Both the position numbers and the translations under genes were made by a program. The notes under the pieces are model-generated. The model did no database searches and was not told the DNA's origin. It saw only the letters and a list, made by a program, of their open reading frames with translations. 64,000 bases of DNA, taken from the sequence record DRR723986_5317. One strand, written 5' to 3'. This document shows positions 40,122 to 50,991 of this stretch, piece by piece. How positions within the stretch are numbered: the first letter of the stretch is position 1; the number at the start of each line of letters is the position of its first letter.

Positions 40122-41081
40122 TTACATTTCATTTAATAGCTTAGAGATCTCATCTAACTTTGGAGTTAAAATCACTTCGATTCGTCTGTTTTTGGCTTTG
40201 CCTTCTGCTGTGTCGTTTGATGCGATAGGTGCATATTCTCCACGACCAGCAGCAGTTAAATTTTCAGGATTTATAGCACTGTTTTCTCGCAGTATATTTA
40301 CAATGGCAGTAGCACGCTTGGTCGATAAATCCCAATTACCACTGAGTTGGTCATTTCCTTTGTATGGATCATCATCTGTGTGTCCTTCAATTAAAATGGC
40401 TATGTCTGTGTTGTCTGCCAATACGCTACCTAATTGCTGTACGGCCTTACGACCTTCAGTACCTACAAACCAGCTACCAGATTGAAACAATAATTTGTTT
40501 TCCATAGACACATATACCTTACCGTTTCTCTGCTCTACAGTAAGTCCTTTACCTTCAAAGTTGGTTAGTGCTTTAGAAATGGCATCTTTTAAAGCGCGCA
40601 TACTAGCATCCTTAGAAGCAATAACACTCTCTAGTTCGGCTACACGTTGAGATCTACTTTCTAATTCTTTTTTAAGATTATTTAATCGTTCGCTTTCCGT
40701 TGCCAAGGCTTGCTCTTTTGCTTCTAACTGCGCCAATAACTCTCTGTTTTTTTGTGCATTTGCAGCAATAGCAGCAGAACTGTTCTCTTCTAAAGCTTTA
40801 TAAGATGCTTTAAGATTATCTAAATTACTTTGTGCAGCGGCATAATCTGAACGCAATTGATCCCTTTCTTTAAGAGCACTGTCATAAGCTGCCTGTAATG
40901 AATTTAAATCGTTTGTTAATTTTGTTTTGTCTTTAGATAGGCCGTCTACTTCGTCAATAAGACTTCTATTCTCTTTTTTTAGATTGGCATATTTGTCTTC
41001 TAGCTCTGTGTAAATCTTCTTAGAAACACAGGAGGTCAATAATGTCAATGTTATTGCTATTAATGAAATTTTTTTAATCAT
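40122..41081 (-). CDS. OmpA/MotB-domain coiled-coil lipoprotein
   Basis: Lipobox LTSC; EGHTDD, NWDLSTKRA, GRGEYAP, KNRRIEV. Confidence 0.92.
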   Translation of the reverse strand: MIKKISLIAITLTLLTSCVSKKIYTELEDKYANLKKENRSLIDEVDGLSKDKTKLTNDLNSLQAAYDSALKERDQLRSDYAAAQSNLDNLKASYKALEENSSAAIAANAQKNRELLAQLEAKEQALATESERLNNLKKELESRSQRVAELESVIASKDASMRALKDAISKALTNFEGKGLTVEQRNGKVYVSMENKLLFQSGSWFVGTEGRKAVQQLGSVLADNTDIAILIEGHTDDDPYKGNDQLSGNWDLSTKRATAIVNILRENSAINPENLTAAGRGEYAPIASNDTAEGKAKNRRIEVILTPKLDEISKLLNEM

Positions 41082-41091
41082 GATTTAGTTT

Positions 41092-41853
41092 TTAAAATTC
41101 TAGTTCTAATAAAATTGGACAATGGTCACTATGAACAGCTTCGGTGAGTATAACGCTTCGTTTTATATTTTCTTTTAATGGTTGGCTTACCATAGCATAA
41201 TCTAAGCGCCAGCCTTTATTATTGGCTCTGGCATTTGCTCTGTAGCTCCACCATGAATATTCCTGACGCTCAGGGTGTAAGTGCCTGAAACTATCTATAA
41301 AACCACTATCAATAAAATTACCTAACCATTCGCGTTCTTCCGGTAAAAATCCAGATACACCCTTCATTTTTGGGTTATGTATATCAATAGCTTCATGACA
41401 GATGTTATAATCACCACAGACCACAAGATTTGGTTTGTCATTTCTTAGGTTGTTGAGATAGTCATGGATAAGATCCATGTATTCAAACTTATGAGCAAGT
41501 CTGGCATCATTGGTTCCCGAAGGCAAGTACATGCTCATTACAGATACATCGTTATAATCTACTCTAAGATTTCTGCCTTCAAAATCCATAGATTCTATTC
41601 CTGTACCATATTCAATTTGATTGGGTTCGGCTTTACATAGTACAGCGACACCACTATAGCCTTTTTTCTGCGCACTAAACCAGTAATTGTAATTATAACC
41701 TGCCTCTGTAAATAAACTGAGGTCTAATTGTTCTTCCATAGCCTTTATTTCCTGAAGACAAATCACATCTGGATTTGTAGCTTTTAACCAATCTATAAAG
41801 CCTTTATTTATGGCTGCTCTAATGCCATTTACGTTGTAAGAAGCAATTTTCAT
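41092..41853 (-). CDS. xth: exodeoxyribonuclease III
   Basis: SYNVNGIRA, LQEIK, GDYN, GWRLDY, SDHCP. Confidence 0.96.
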   Translation of the reverse strand: MKIASYNVNGIRAAINKGFIDWLKATNPDVICLQEIKAMEEQLDLSLFTEAGYNYNYWFSAQKKGYSGVAVLCKAEPNQIEYGTGIESMDFEGRNLRVDYNDVSVMSMYLPSGTNDARLAHKFEYMDLIHDYLNNLRNDKPNLVVCGDYNICHEAIDIHNPKMKGVSGFLPEEREWLGNFIDSGFIDSFRHLHPERQEYSWWSYRANARANNKGWRLDYAMVSQPLKENIKRSVILTEAVHSDHCPILLELEF

Positions 41854-41964
41854 ATTTCAATTCTTCGGTTTTAGCTAAAATAAATAATACCCTACTTTTA
41901 CACTATTATTTTGAGTCTATTTTAACAACAAAATAATTTAGTTGTAAAGCAGTTATTATTCTAC

Positions 41965-44900
41965 ATGAAAAATCTGTTACTTTTCTTATTATGTCTATAT
42001 TCTTTGAGTGGGATAACTCAGGAGAATAAGAACAATTATAAGATAAAAAGAGTTGCAGTGAAAGACTCTATTGTAATTGATTCTGTAAGTGTAAACCCAA
42101 ATAGATTTGTAGTTAGAACAAAAGAGAATAAGGTCATTGATACCGCTATGTATGTTATTGATTTTTCAAAAGCATTATTAAGGTTTAAAAAGCCTACAAA
42201 TCTTGATACCATACAAATTGAATATCTACGTTATCCTGATTTTTTAACAAAAGTCTACAGACAGCTCGATGACAATGTTATTGTAGATCAAACTGCAGGA
42301 CTAGAAAAATTATATAGATTAGAAGATACCAGAACAAAGAATAAGTTTACTCCGTTTGATGGTTTAACGACATCTGGTAGTATCTCTAGAGGTGTAACCA
42401 TTGGTAACAATCAAAATTCCGTATTAAATAGTGAGCTAGATCTGCAGATTTCTGGTAAGCTCAGCGATAAGGTGTCTTTACGAGCCTCTATACAAGATGC
42501 AAACATTCCCTTACAGGAAAGTGGGTATTCGCAACGACTAGATGAATTTGATCAGGTGTTTATAGAGCTCTTCAGTGACAACTGGAATATTCGTGCAGGT
42601 GATATAGATTTAGTCAACACTAACAGCTACTTCGCAAACTTCTCAAAACGTGTACAAGGTTTAATGGTCAATGCTAATCTCAGTGATAAAACAAAAGTTT
42701 TTGCATCTGGTGCTTTGGTTAGAGGTCAGTTTACAACAACACAGTTTACAGCACAAGAAGGAAACCAAGGACCTTATAAATTAAGAGGACCTAATAATGA
42801 ATTGTTTGTACTCATAGTATCTGGTAGCGAGACAGTGTACGTTAATGGTGTGCCACTAGAACGTGGCGAAAACAGAGATTATATTATAGATTATAATGCT
42901 GGAGAAATTATTTTCAACTCTACTTTTCCTATAACTTCAGAAATGCGAATTACAGTCGATTATCAGTTCAGTGAACGTAACTACTCAAGATTTACTGTTT
43001 TTGGAGGTGGCAGTTATACCACTGAAAAACTTAATTTGAATGTTTTTGTATACTCTGAAAGTGATGCAAAAAACCAACCACTGCAGCAGAATTTATCTAC
43101 AGAACAAACACAGATATTGGCAGATGCTGGTGACAATAGAGAATTAATGGTAGCACCATCTGCAACACCAGAAGATTATTCTGAAAACCGAATATTATAT
43201 AGACAAGAGATTATTGGTGGCGAATCCGTGTTTGTGTTTTCACAAAATCCAGAGGACGAATTGTTCAGTGTTCGTTTTACTTTGGTTGGTGCTAATGAGG
43301 GAAATTATGTGTTAAGTAACGGTAATGCTGTTAGCAATATCTTTGAGTATGTACCTCCTATTGGCGGAGTGCCACAAGGTAACTATGAACCGATAACGCA
43401 ACTTATTGCACCAGAGCGACTGCAAATAGCGGTATTAAATGGACAATATAAACCTACAGAAAAAACAGATGTCTATTTTGAATTGGCTGGTAGCAAGAAT
43501 GATATTAATTTATTTTCGAGTTTAGATGATAATGATAATGATGGTTATGCGGCAAAAGTAAAACTAAACCAAAAGCTAATCCAAAATGATAGTTTGTGGA
43601 ATCTGTCTGCTTTGGTGGATGCTGATTTTATTCAAAAGGACTTTAGAACTATTCAACGTCTTTACCGAGCAGAATTTAATAGAGATTGGAATTTAGAAGA
43701 TAACCGAGATGATCAGGGCAATTTTAATTTTGGTAATCAATTATTACTTACCTCAGGATTACGATTAACCCATTCAAAAAAAGGACTTGTTACTTATAAT
43801 TTTGAATACTTAGATTATGCAGATAGTTTTAATGGTAATAGACATAATTTAACTGCTAATTTAAGACTCGGCAACTTTAAAATATTTTCAAACTCTAGCT
43901 ATTTAGAAAATGAAAGTAATATAAATAATTCTACGTTTTTAAGATCATTTAATCGTGTGGTTTATGGGAAAGATAATAAATGGGCTGGTGTAAAACTTGC
44001 GTTAGAAGATAATGAGCAGGCTGTAATTGCAACAGATTCTTTAACACCGCTGAGTCAAAAGTTTAAAGCCTATGAAGTATTTGTTGGTATTGGTGACAGT
44101 ACTAAAGTTTTTGCTAAGGTTGGCTATATAAAACGATTTAATGATAGTTTGCGTAATAATAAAATAGAGCGTGTTAATAGTTCCAATACGTATTATTTAA
44201 AATCGCGTTTAGTCCAAACTAGGTCAACAAATCTGCAATTGTTTGTTAATTATAGAGATTTAAAAGCAGAGGACAATACATCTGAAGATGAGCAGAGTTT
44301 AAATAGTAGATTAAATTATAATCAGAAGTTGTTTAACAACCTCATTGTTTTAAATACAAGTTTTGAAACCAACTCAGGAACTTTGCCACAGCAAGACTTT
44401 ACTTATGTTGAAGTAGAAGCTGGTCAAGGCGCCTATACTTGGATAGATTATAATGAAAATGGTATACAAGAATTAAATGAATTTGAGATTGCTCAATTCG
44501 CAGACCAGGGAAATTTTATTAGAGTATTATTACCTAATCAGGTTTTTGTTAGAACGCATCAGAATCGTCTTAGTCAAACATTAACCTTTAATCCGCTTCA
44601 ATGGAGCAAATCAGAAAATAAAACCAAGAAGTTCTTTTCGCATTTTTACAATCAAACCTCTTTTTTAATAGATCGAAAAATAAAGCGGGAAGGCAATAAT
44701 TTTAATCTCAACCCATTTAAAGACGACGAAGAAAATCAACTCGCATTAAATAACAGCGTTAGAAATGTATTGTTTTATAACAGAGGTAAACAGCGCTATA
44801 CAACATCGTATACGTTTTTAGCTAATACGAGTAGAAATCTTTTGTCAATTGGTTTTCAGGAAAATAGATTGAAAAATCATCAACTTAATTTTAACCATAA

Positions 44901-45390
44901 ATTCGCCACGAATTGGTTAGTAAATGCTTTGGGAAGTTTTGGTAATGATGAAAGTATTAGTGAAAATTTTAATAACAGAAATTTTAATATTGATGAAACG
45001 AAATTTCAACCAAAGTTGTCTTATCTGTTTAGTGAAAATGCACAGTTCGATGTATTTTACCAATACACTTCAAAAGTAAATACTATTGGTAGTTTAGAAT
45101 CACTAGCACAAAATAATTATGGCATTTCATTTACTTACAATAATGCTCAAAAAATTGCCTTAACAGGTGAGTTTAATTTCTTTCAAAATGAGTTTGAAGG
45201 CAATGCTAATACACCTGTTGCCTACCAAATGCTAGAAGGTTTACAACCAGGTAAAAACTTTACTTGGAGTTTATTAGCACAGAAGAAGCTAACCAAGTTT
45301 TTAGATCTAAATCTTAATTATTTTGGCCGTAAAACAGAAACTTCTAAGACCATACATACAGGTACCATTCAGTTGAAGGCTTATTTCTAA
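41965..45390 (+). CDS. large hypothetical outer-membrane beta-barrel protein
   Basis: Signal peptide, amphipathic beta-strands, C-terminal QLKAYF. Confidence 0.7.
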   Translation: MKNLLLFLLCLYSLSGITQENKNNYKIKRVAVKDSIVIDSVSVNPNRFVVRTKENKVIDTAMYVIDFSKALLRFKKPTNLDTIQIEYLRYPDFLTKVYRQLDDNVIVDQTAGLEKLYRLEDTRTKNKFTPFDGLTTSGSISRGVTIGNNQNSVLNSELDLQISGKLSDKVSLRASIQDANIPLQESGYSQRLDEFDQVFIELFSDNWNIRAGDIDLVNTNSYFANFSKRVQGLMVNANLSDKTKVFASGALVRGQFTTTQFTAQEGNQGPYKLRGPNNELFVLIVSGSETVYVNGVPLERGENRDYIIDYNAGEIIFNSTFPITSEMRITVDYQFSERNYSRFTVFGGGSYTTEKLNLNVFVYSESDAKNQPLQQNLSTEQTQILADAGDNRELMVAPSATPEDYSENRILYRQEIIGGESVFVFSQNPEDELFSVRFTLVGANEGNYVLSNGNAVSNIFEYVPPIGGVPQGNYEPITQLIAPERLQIAVLNGQYKPTEKTDVYFELAGSKNDINLFSSLDDNDNDGYAAKVKLNQKLIQNDSLWNLSALVDADFIQKDFRTIQRLYRAEFNRDWNLEDNRDDQGNFNFGNQLLLTSGLRLTHSKKGLVTYNFEYLDYADSFNGNRHNLTANLRLGNFKIFSNSSYLENESNINNSTFLRSFNRVVYGKDNKWAGVKLALEDNEQAVIATDSLTPLSQKFKAYEVFVGIGDSTKVFAKVGYIKRFNDSLRNNKIERVNSSNTYYLKSRLVQTRSTNLQLFVNYRDLKAEDNTSEDEQSLNSRLNYNQKLFNNLIVLNTSFETNSGTLPQQDFTYVEVEAGQGAYTWIDYNENGIQELNEFEIAQFADQGNFIRVLLPNQVFVRTHQNRLSQTLTFNPLQWSKSENKTKKFFSHFYNQTSFLIDRKIKREGNNFNLNPFKDDEENQLALNNSVRNVLFYNRGKQRYTTSYTFLANTSRNLLSIGFQENRLKNHQLNFNHKFATNWLVNALGSFGNDESISENFNNRNFNIDETKFQPKLSYLFSENAQFDVFYQYTSKVNTIGSLESLAQNNYGISFTYNNAQKIALTGEFNFFQNEFEGNANTPVAYQMLEGLQPGKNFTWSLLAQKKLTKFLDLNLNYFGRKTETSKTIHTGTIQLKAYF

Positions 45391-45493
45391 AATAAAGTAA
45401 ATTCTCACGCAACCTATTCTTGTTTTTATCATCTATATGGTACGATTGTTGATGCTATATCAACTTTTAAATTCAATTCAAATCAATTAAAAA

Positions 45494-46039
45494 ATGAAAA
45501 AATCACTTTTAGTATTATTAATGTGTTGTGCTGCGTTTGGCATAAATGCTCAGGACGATAATGAAGAGAAAAAAAACATCTTTGACAGAAAGCATGAGGT
45601 AAGACTTGAAACTATCAAATTACTTTCAGGTGGTATTGTTGAAGGGTCTTATGAATATGTTTTAGACAGTAATCAAGGTTTTGGTGCTCATGTGCTTATT
45701 AATTTAGACCAAGGAAATGATTATTTTGAGAACCTTTCCTTAACACCATATTACAGAATGTACTTTCAAACTAACGAAGATTACGGTGCTAAAGGCTTTT
45801 TTGTAGAAGGATTTACCTCTTTTTTTACGACTGATTTTAATTTAGAAGATTCATTGTTTGATGAAAATGAAAATAAAGATGTGTTTGATATTTCCATTGG
45901 CCTTGCTTTAGGTAAGAAATGGATTAATACAGCAGGTTTTGTTTTTGAAATTAAACTTGGAGCAGGAAGAAATCTACTAGGAAATGCAGATTCTGACGCC
46001 TTATTAAAAGGTGGATTTTCTATAGGTTATAGATTTTAA
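45494..46039 (+). CDS. small outer-membrane beta-barrel protein
   Basis: Signal peptide ending A-Q; C-terminal GGFSIGYRF. Confidence 0.7.
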   Translation: MKKSLLVLLMCCAAFGINAQDDNEEKKNIFDRKHEVRLETIKLLSGGIVEGSYEYVLDSNQGFGAHVLINLDQGNDYFENLSLTPYYRMYFQTNEDYGAKGFFVEGFTSFFTTDFNLEDSLFDENENKDVFDISIGLALGKKWINTAGFVFEIKLGAGRNLLGNADSDALLKGGFSIGYRF

Positions 46040-46073
46040 AAAAAAAAATCCTGAGTATTTCACTCAGGCTTTT
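46040..46073. terminator. bidirectional terminator
   Basis: A-run, then CCTGAGT-ATTTC-ACTCAGG-CTTTT, between convergent genes. Confidence 0.7.
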
Positions 46074-46088
46074 CTATATGTGTTGTGA

Positions 46089-47633
46089 TTATTTCATTCG
46101 CATCAACCATTCCTTAACGTCAACCTCTTTTTTAATGAGATTTCTTAAGTCTTCAATCTTAACCCTTTTCTGTTCCATAGTATCTCTATGACGAATAGTT
46201 ACAGTATTGTTTTCAATACTTTCACCATCTACTGTTATACAAAATGGTGTACCAGCAGCATCTTGTCTACGGTAACGTCTACCAACAGCATCTTTTTCAT
46301 CGTAGGCTACGTTAAATTCCCATTTAAGATCATCAACAATATCCTTAGCCATTTTAGTTAAGGCTTCGTCTTTTCTAACTAAAGGTAAAATCGCAGCCTT
46401 TGTTGGTGCCAATACAGCAGGTAATTTTAATACGGTTCTTGTAGAATTATCTTCTAAGGTTTCATCTACCAAAGAATTAGAAAATACAGCTAAAAACATA
46501 CGGTCAAGACCTATAGATGTTTCTAATACGTAAGGTGTATAGCTCTCATTATCTTCATGGTCAAAATACTGAAGTTTTTTACCAGAGAATTCTTCATGAG
46601 ATTTTAAATCAAAATCAGTACGAGAATGAATACCTTCTAACTCTTTAAACCCGAAAGGAAAATTAAATTCTATGTCTGTAGCAGCATCTGCATAATGTGC
46701 TAGCTTTTCGTGGTCATGGAAACGGTAATTTTCATCACCCATACCTAATGATTTATGCCATTTTAAACGTGTGTCTTTCCAATAGTCAAACCAGTCTTTC
46801 TGTGTGCCTGGCTTTATAAAGAATTGCATTTCCATTTGTTCAAACTCTCGCATTCTAAATATAAATTGTCTTGCTACAATTTCGTTTCTAAAGGCTTTAC
46901 CAGTTTGAGCAATACCAAACGGAATTTTCATACGTCCAGTTTTCTGAACATTTAAAAAATTGACAAAAATTCCTTGAGCCGTTTCTGGTCTTAGATATAA
47001 ATCCATTGCAGATTCTGCAGAAGCTCCGAGTTTTGTGCCGAACATAAGATTAAATTGCTTTACGTCTGTCCAGTTGCGACTTCCAGTCATAGGATCAGCA
47101 ATTTCTAGCTCTTCAATCAGTGCTTTAACATCCGCTAAGTCTTCTTTCTCTAAGGATTGGCCTAATCGCTTAAGAATACTATCTATCTTCTCTTGGTAAC
47201 CAAGAACACGACCATTGGTTGTAATAAATTCCTCTTTATTAAAGGCTTCGCCAAAACGCTTTTCGGCTTTTTTAACTTCCTTGTTGATTTTCGCCTCAAT
47301 TTTGGCACAATAGTCTTCTACTAAAACATCTGCGCGATAGCGCTTTTTAGAATCTTTATTGTCAATCAGTGGATCGTTAAATGCATCAACGTGTCCAGAA
47401 GCTTTCCACGTAGTTGGGTGCATAAATATTGCAGCATCAATCCCTACAATATTATCATGCATTTGTACCATGGCTTTCCACCAATAGTCTCTAATATTCT
47501 TTTTTAATTCTGCTCCGTTTTGAGCGTAGTCATACACTGCACTTAAACCATCGTAGATTTCACTACTCTGAAAGACGTAACCATACTCTTTTGCGTGAGA
47601 GATTACTTTTTTGAATTTGTCGTCATTTGCCAT
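46089..47633 (-). CDS. glyQS: glycine--tRNA ligase (homodimeric class IIa)
   Basis: SEIYDG, ASGHVDAF, LRPETAQGIF, FRNEI..FRMREFEQME, GRRYRRQD. Confidence 0.97.
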   Translation of the reverse strand: MANDDKFKKVISHAKEYGYVFQSSEIYDGLSAVYDYAQNGAELKKNIRDYWWKAMVQMHDNIVGIDAAIFMHPTTWKASGHVDAFNDPLIDNKDSKKRYRADVLVEDYCAKIEAKINKEVKKAEKRFGEAFNKEEFITTNGRVLGYQEKIDSILKRLGQSLEKEDLADVKALIEELEIADPMTGSRNWTDVKQFNLMFGTKLGASAESAMDLYLRPETAQGIFVNFLNVQKTGRMKIPFGIAQTGKAFRNEIVARQFIFRMREFEQMEMQFFIKPGTQKDWFDYWKDTRLKWHKSLGMGDENYRFHDHEKLAHYADAATDIEFNFPFGFKELEGIHSRTDFDLKSHEEFSGKKLQYFDHEDNESYTPYVLETSIGLDRMFLAVFSNSLVDETLEDNSTRTVLKLPAVLAPTKAAILPLVRKDEALTKMAKDIVDDLKWEFNVAYDEKDAVGRRYRRQDAAGTPFCITVDGESIENNTVTIRHRDTMEQKRVKIEDLRNLIKKEVDVKEWLMRMK

Positions 47634-47645
47634 GCTGCAAAAATA

Positions 47646-47676
47646 AAAAACCGCTCTAACTAACAGAGCGGTTTTT
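47646..47676 (-). terminator. intrinsic terminator
   Basis: AAAAACCGCTCT-7 nt-AGAGCGGTTTTT. Confidence 0.75.
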
Positions 47677-47696
47677 AAAAAATTATGTAATTAGTA

Positions 47697-48581
47697 TTAT
47701 TTTAATTGAATAGACGTACTGCCTAATTTTCTGTTTTTATGAAAAACATTAACGAAATAATAGCCCTTAAGCAATGGTTGGTCTTCAACTGGTGCTTCAA
47801 TAGCTGTGCATATTTCTAAATTATCATTATTGTAATTTATAAGTTCTCTAGAGCTGTAGATTAAAGAGTTATCACCAAATATGGCTTCACCCTTATCTGC
47901 TACAACATTATTGTTTGGGCCTACTATTTGAATAAATATTTCTTTTTCTCCTTTTTCCGTAAGCGGATTTTCCGAAAGCATTATACACACATCTATAGCA
48001 TTAGCTCGTTTAGCTTTTGTAGTGTAACGTTTTTTTCCAAGCCTTAATTTGTATGCTTGTGCTTCAATTCGGTTGGCTTTAAGAAGAGCAGCTTTATCTA
48101 AAGTTTTATTTAAAGATGCATTTGTTTCTTCTAAATTATTAATTACGTTCGTTTTCTTTTCAATCGTATTTAAGGCATAGCGCTTTTCTTCTTCTAATTT
48201 AATATTAGCAGAGTTGAGAGAATTTATAGTGCCCAGGAGCACTTTGTTCTTAGATTTTAAAACTATAAGCTGATCTTTAAACTTAGTGATTATTGATAAA
48301 TCACTTTTTAATAATCTTAACGAATCTAAGGCAATCTTAGTTTCTATTTTTGCTTCTTGGAGCTGCGAAGCCATAAGATTATAGTCTTGGCTTAAATCGT
48401 CGTAGCTATTCAACATTTCAGAGAGTTCTACTTCAATGAGATGTTTTTCTTGTTTTAGGAAGTCTTCGTAGGATTTAATGGATTGATAATTAGTAAAGCT
48501 ATATATACCTAAAACAGCTAAAACGACAAGTAAAGAACCTATAATTAATCTATAGTTAAATAATTGAGGGTTAACTATCAT
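47697..48581 (-). CDS. membrane-anchored coiled-coil protein with Ig-like C-terminal domain (hypothetical)
   Basis: N-terminal TM, heptad region, beta-rich end (KGYYFVNVF). Confidence 0.65.
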   Translation of the reverse strand: MIVNPQLFNYRLIIGSLLVVLAVLGIYSFTNYQSIKSYEDFLKQEKHLIEVELSEMLNSYDDLSQDYNLMASQLQEAKIETKIALDSLRLLKSDLSIITKFKDQLIVLKSKNKVLLGTINSLNSANIKLEEEKRYALNTIEKKTNVINNLEETNASLNKTLDKAALLKANRIEAQAYKLRLGKKRYTTKAKRANAIDVCIMLSENPLTEKGEKEIFIQIVGPNNNVVADKGEAIFGDNSLIYSSRELINYNNDNLEICTAIEAPVEDQPLLKGYYFVNVFHKNRKLGSTSIQLK

Positions 48582-48647
48582 AATTAATTTCTTAATTTGA
48601 GGCGAAATTAGAGTTTCTTGCGGTGTAATGTTATTTTATTCGATTAA

Positions 48648-49328
48648 GTGGTAAAAAATTTGTTGAACTTGTTTTTTCCGTCAGTATGTGAGGCGTGCAA
48701 CAATCATTTAGCAGATGGAGAAGTGGTTTTATGTTTGTCTTGCAGACATCAATTACCAGTTACAAATATTCATTTTGAAGATTCTGAAACCGTGAAAAAA
48801 GTAGTTTACGGAAGAGTACAACTCGAAAATGCGACTGCACTTTTAAATTTTTCCAAAAAGAGTGTTGTTCAGCAAATTCTTCACAACTTAAAATATAGAG
48901 GACATCAACAAATTAGTGGTTTTTTTGGTAAATGGCTCGGAAATGAACTTGCACAAATTGAAGCCTATAAATCTATAGATGTAGTAGTACCTGTACCATT
49001 ATATAAAACCAGAGAACGTCAACGAGGTTATAATCAGGTGGAAGGATTTGGAAGAGAAATCGCTAAGGCTATAGATGCTGAATATTGTGATTCTATTTTG
49101 GTAAAAACAAAGTCTACCAAAACACAAGTTTTTAAAGAACGATTAAAGAGATGGAATGACGAAACTTCAGTTTTTAACCTTACTGATGCTAACTATTTAA
49201 AAGGAAAGCATATTCTGTTAGTAGATGATATTATTACAACAGGTGCTACTGTTGAAGCTTGTGCTTCAGTTTTGTTAAAAACTGATAATATTAAGTTAAG
49301 TTTAGCTACAATGGCAATTGCAGATTGA
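48648..49328 (+). CDS. comF: ComF family protein (double Zn ribbon plus PRTase domain)
   Basis: CEAC..CLSC, RGYNQ, LLVDDIITTGAT. Confidence 0.9.
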   Translation: MVKNLLNLFFPSVCEACNNHLADGEVVLCLSCRHQLPVTNIHFEDSETVKKVVYGRVQLENATALLNFSKKSVVQQILHNLKYRGHQQISGFFGKWLGNELAQIEAYKSIDVVVPVPLYKTRERQRGYNQVEGFGREIAKAIDAEYCDSILVKTKSTKTQVFKERLKRWNDETSVFNLTDANYLKGKHILLVDDIITTGATVEACASVLLKTDNIKLSLATMAIAD

Positions 49329-49380
49329 ATTTTTCGTTTCTTACTATTAATATTGTTTCTTTGTGCAAAAGTTTTAATAC

Positions 49381-50991
49381 ATGCGAATTAATTTTCTGCG
49401 ATTCTTATTTAGTATCTTATTTGTTATAACCATAGTGAGTTGTGCTAATAGAGGTACACCAACAGGAGGTGAAAAAGATATAGAGCCACCACTAATATTA
49501 AAGGAAATGCCAGAGAATTTTTCAACCAATTTTAAAGGTGATGAGATTAAAATTTATTTTGATGAATACGTTAAAATAAAGAATCTTAGAAAGCAGTTAA
49601 TTATTTCTCCACCTATGGATACAGAGCCTGTCATTTATCCGATGGGAGGAGCAAGTAAATATATATCCATTAAAATTAAAGATACATTAGAAGCGAATAC
49701 AACCTACGCCTTTAATTTTGGAGAAAGTATTGTAGATAATAACGAGGAAAACCCATATCCTTACTATCGATATGTGTTTTCAACTGGTGAAACTATAGAT
49801 TCGTTATCTGTTAACGGCTATGTGGTTGATGCCTTGCAAGAAGAACCAGATACTTTTGTATCCGTTATGTTATATGCTGTAGATTCAACATATTCAGATT
49901 CTATTGTTTATAAGGAAAAACCCAGATACATCACCAATACTTTAGACAGTGTCACTACTTTTAATATTGAAAATATTAAAGCTGGTAAGTATAAATTAAT
50001 TGCATTAAAGGACAAAAATTCTAACTTTAAATTCGATCAGAAAGACGATAAAATTGCTTTTAAAGAAGGCTTCATTACAGTGCCAACAGATTCGTCCTAT
50101 AAGCTAAAATTGTTTAAAGAAGAGGTTAATTATAAAGCTTTTAAACCCAAACAAGTTGCTAAAAATAAATTGATATTTCCGTATGAAGGTGATTATGAAA
50201 ATATACGTATAAGTGTAATAGGAGAAACACCAGAAAATTATCAATATCGAATTATAAAAGAGGCAGATACAGATACTCTTAATTACTGGTATAAGCCAGA
50301 TTTTGAAGCGGATACGACTCTGTTTATGGTAGCAAATGGTAAAGAAATAGATACATTTAAGCATCGCTTTAGAAAATTAGAATTCGATTCTTTACGAATT
50401 AAAGCACTAATAACAGGTACATTAAATTTTGATCAAGATTTTTCTATAGAATCCAATTTACCACTAACAGCTATAGATAAGAGTAAAATAAAACTTATTG
50501 ACAAAGATTCTGTAGAGGTTGATTTCGATGTTAAGTATGATTCAATATTAAATCGCTATGCATTTCCTGTGCAAAAAGAGGAAGGGCAAAAGTATTTTTT
50601 CACAATGCTACCTGGAACATTTTCTGATTTTTATGATGGAGAAAACATTGATACATTGGAGTATGCCACACGTACAAAAATTAAATCTGAATACGGCAAT
50701 GTCAGAGTTAATCTAAGAAATGCAAAGTTTCCATTAATTGTTCAATTGGTCAATCAGAACGGTGATGTTTTATATGAAAAATACACTACCGAATCTCCAG
50801 TGGTAGACTTTACCCTTATATCACCAAGAATGTATGGCCTCCGTGTAATTTTTGATAGTAACGGTAATGGAAAATACGATACTGGGAATTATTTATTAGG
50901 CATACAACCAGAACGTGTTAGTTATTCACCTCCAATAGATGAAATCCGATCAAATTTTGATCAAATAGTAGAGTTTATTCTTTTAGACTAA
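49381..50991 (+). CDS. Ig-like domain (Big_5) lipoprotein
   Basis: Lipobox IVSC-ANRGTPTGGEKD; FDEYV; DSNGNGKYDTG. Confidence 0.82.
   Translation: MRINFLRFLFSILFVITIVSCANRGTPTGGEKDIEPPLILKEMPENFSTNFKGDEIKIYFDEYVKIKNLRKQLIISPPMDTEPVIYPMGGASKYISIKIKDTLEANTTYAFNFGESIVDNNEENPYPYYRYVFSTGETIDSLSVNGYVVDALQEEPDTFVSVMLYAVDSTYSDSIVYKEKPRYITNTLDSVTTFNIENIKAGKYKLIALKDKNSNFKFDQKDDKIAFKEGFITVPTDSSYKLKLFKEEVNYKAFKPKQVAKNKLIFPYEGDYENIRISVIGETPENYQYRIIKEADTDTLNYWYKPDFEADTTLFMVANGKEIDTFKHRFRKLEFDSLRIKALITGTLNFDQDFSIESNLPLTAIDKSKIKLIDKDSVEVDFDVKYDSILNRYAFPVQKEEGQKYFFTMLPGTFSDFYDGENIDTLEYATRTKIKSEYGNVRVNLRNAKFPLIVQLVNQNGDVLYEKYTTESPVVDFTLISPRMYGLRVIFDSNGNGKYDTGNYLLGIQPERVSYSPPIDEIRSNFDQIVEFILLD

Noticed and set aside
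39952-40485. 177-aa plus-strand ORF containing CHPELDSGSH
   Set aside because: Translation of the REP-like palindrome plus the antisense of the OmpA/MotB gene.
40122-41081. Flagellar MotB call
   Set aside because: It is a lipoprotein without the MotB TM Asp helix, and no motA or flagellar genes are nearby.
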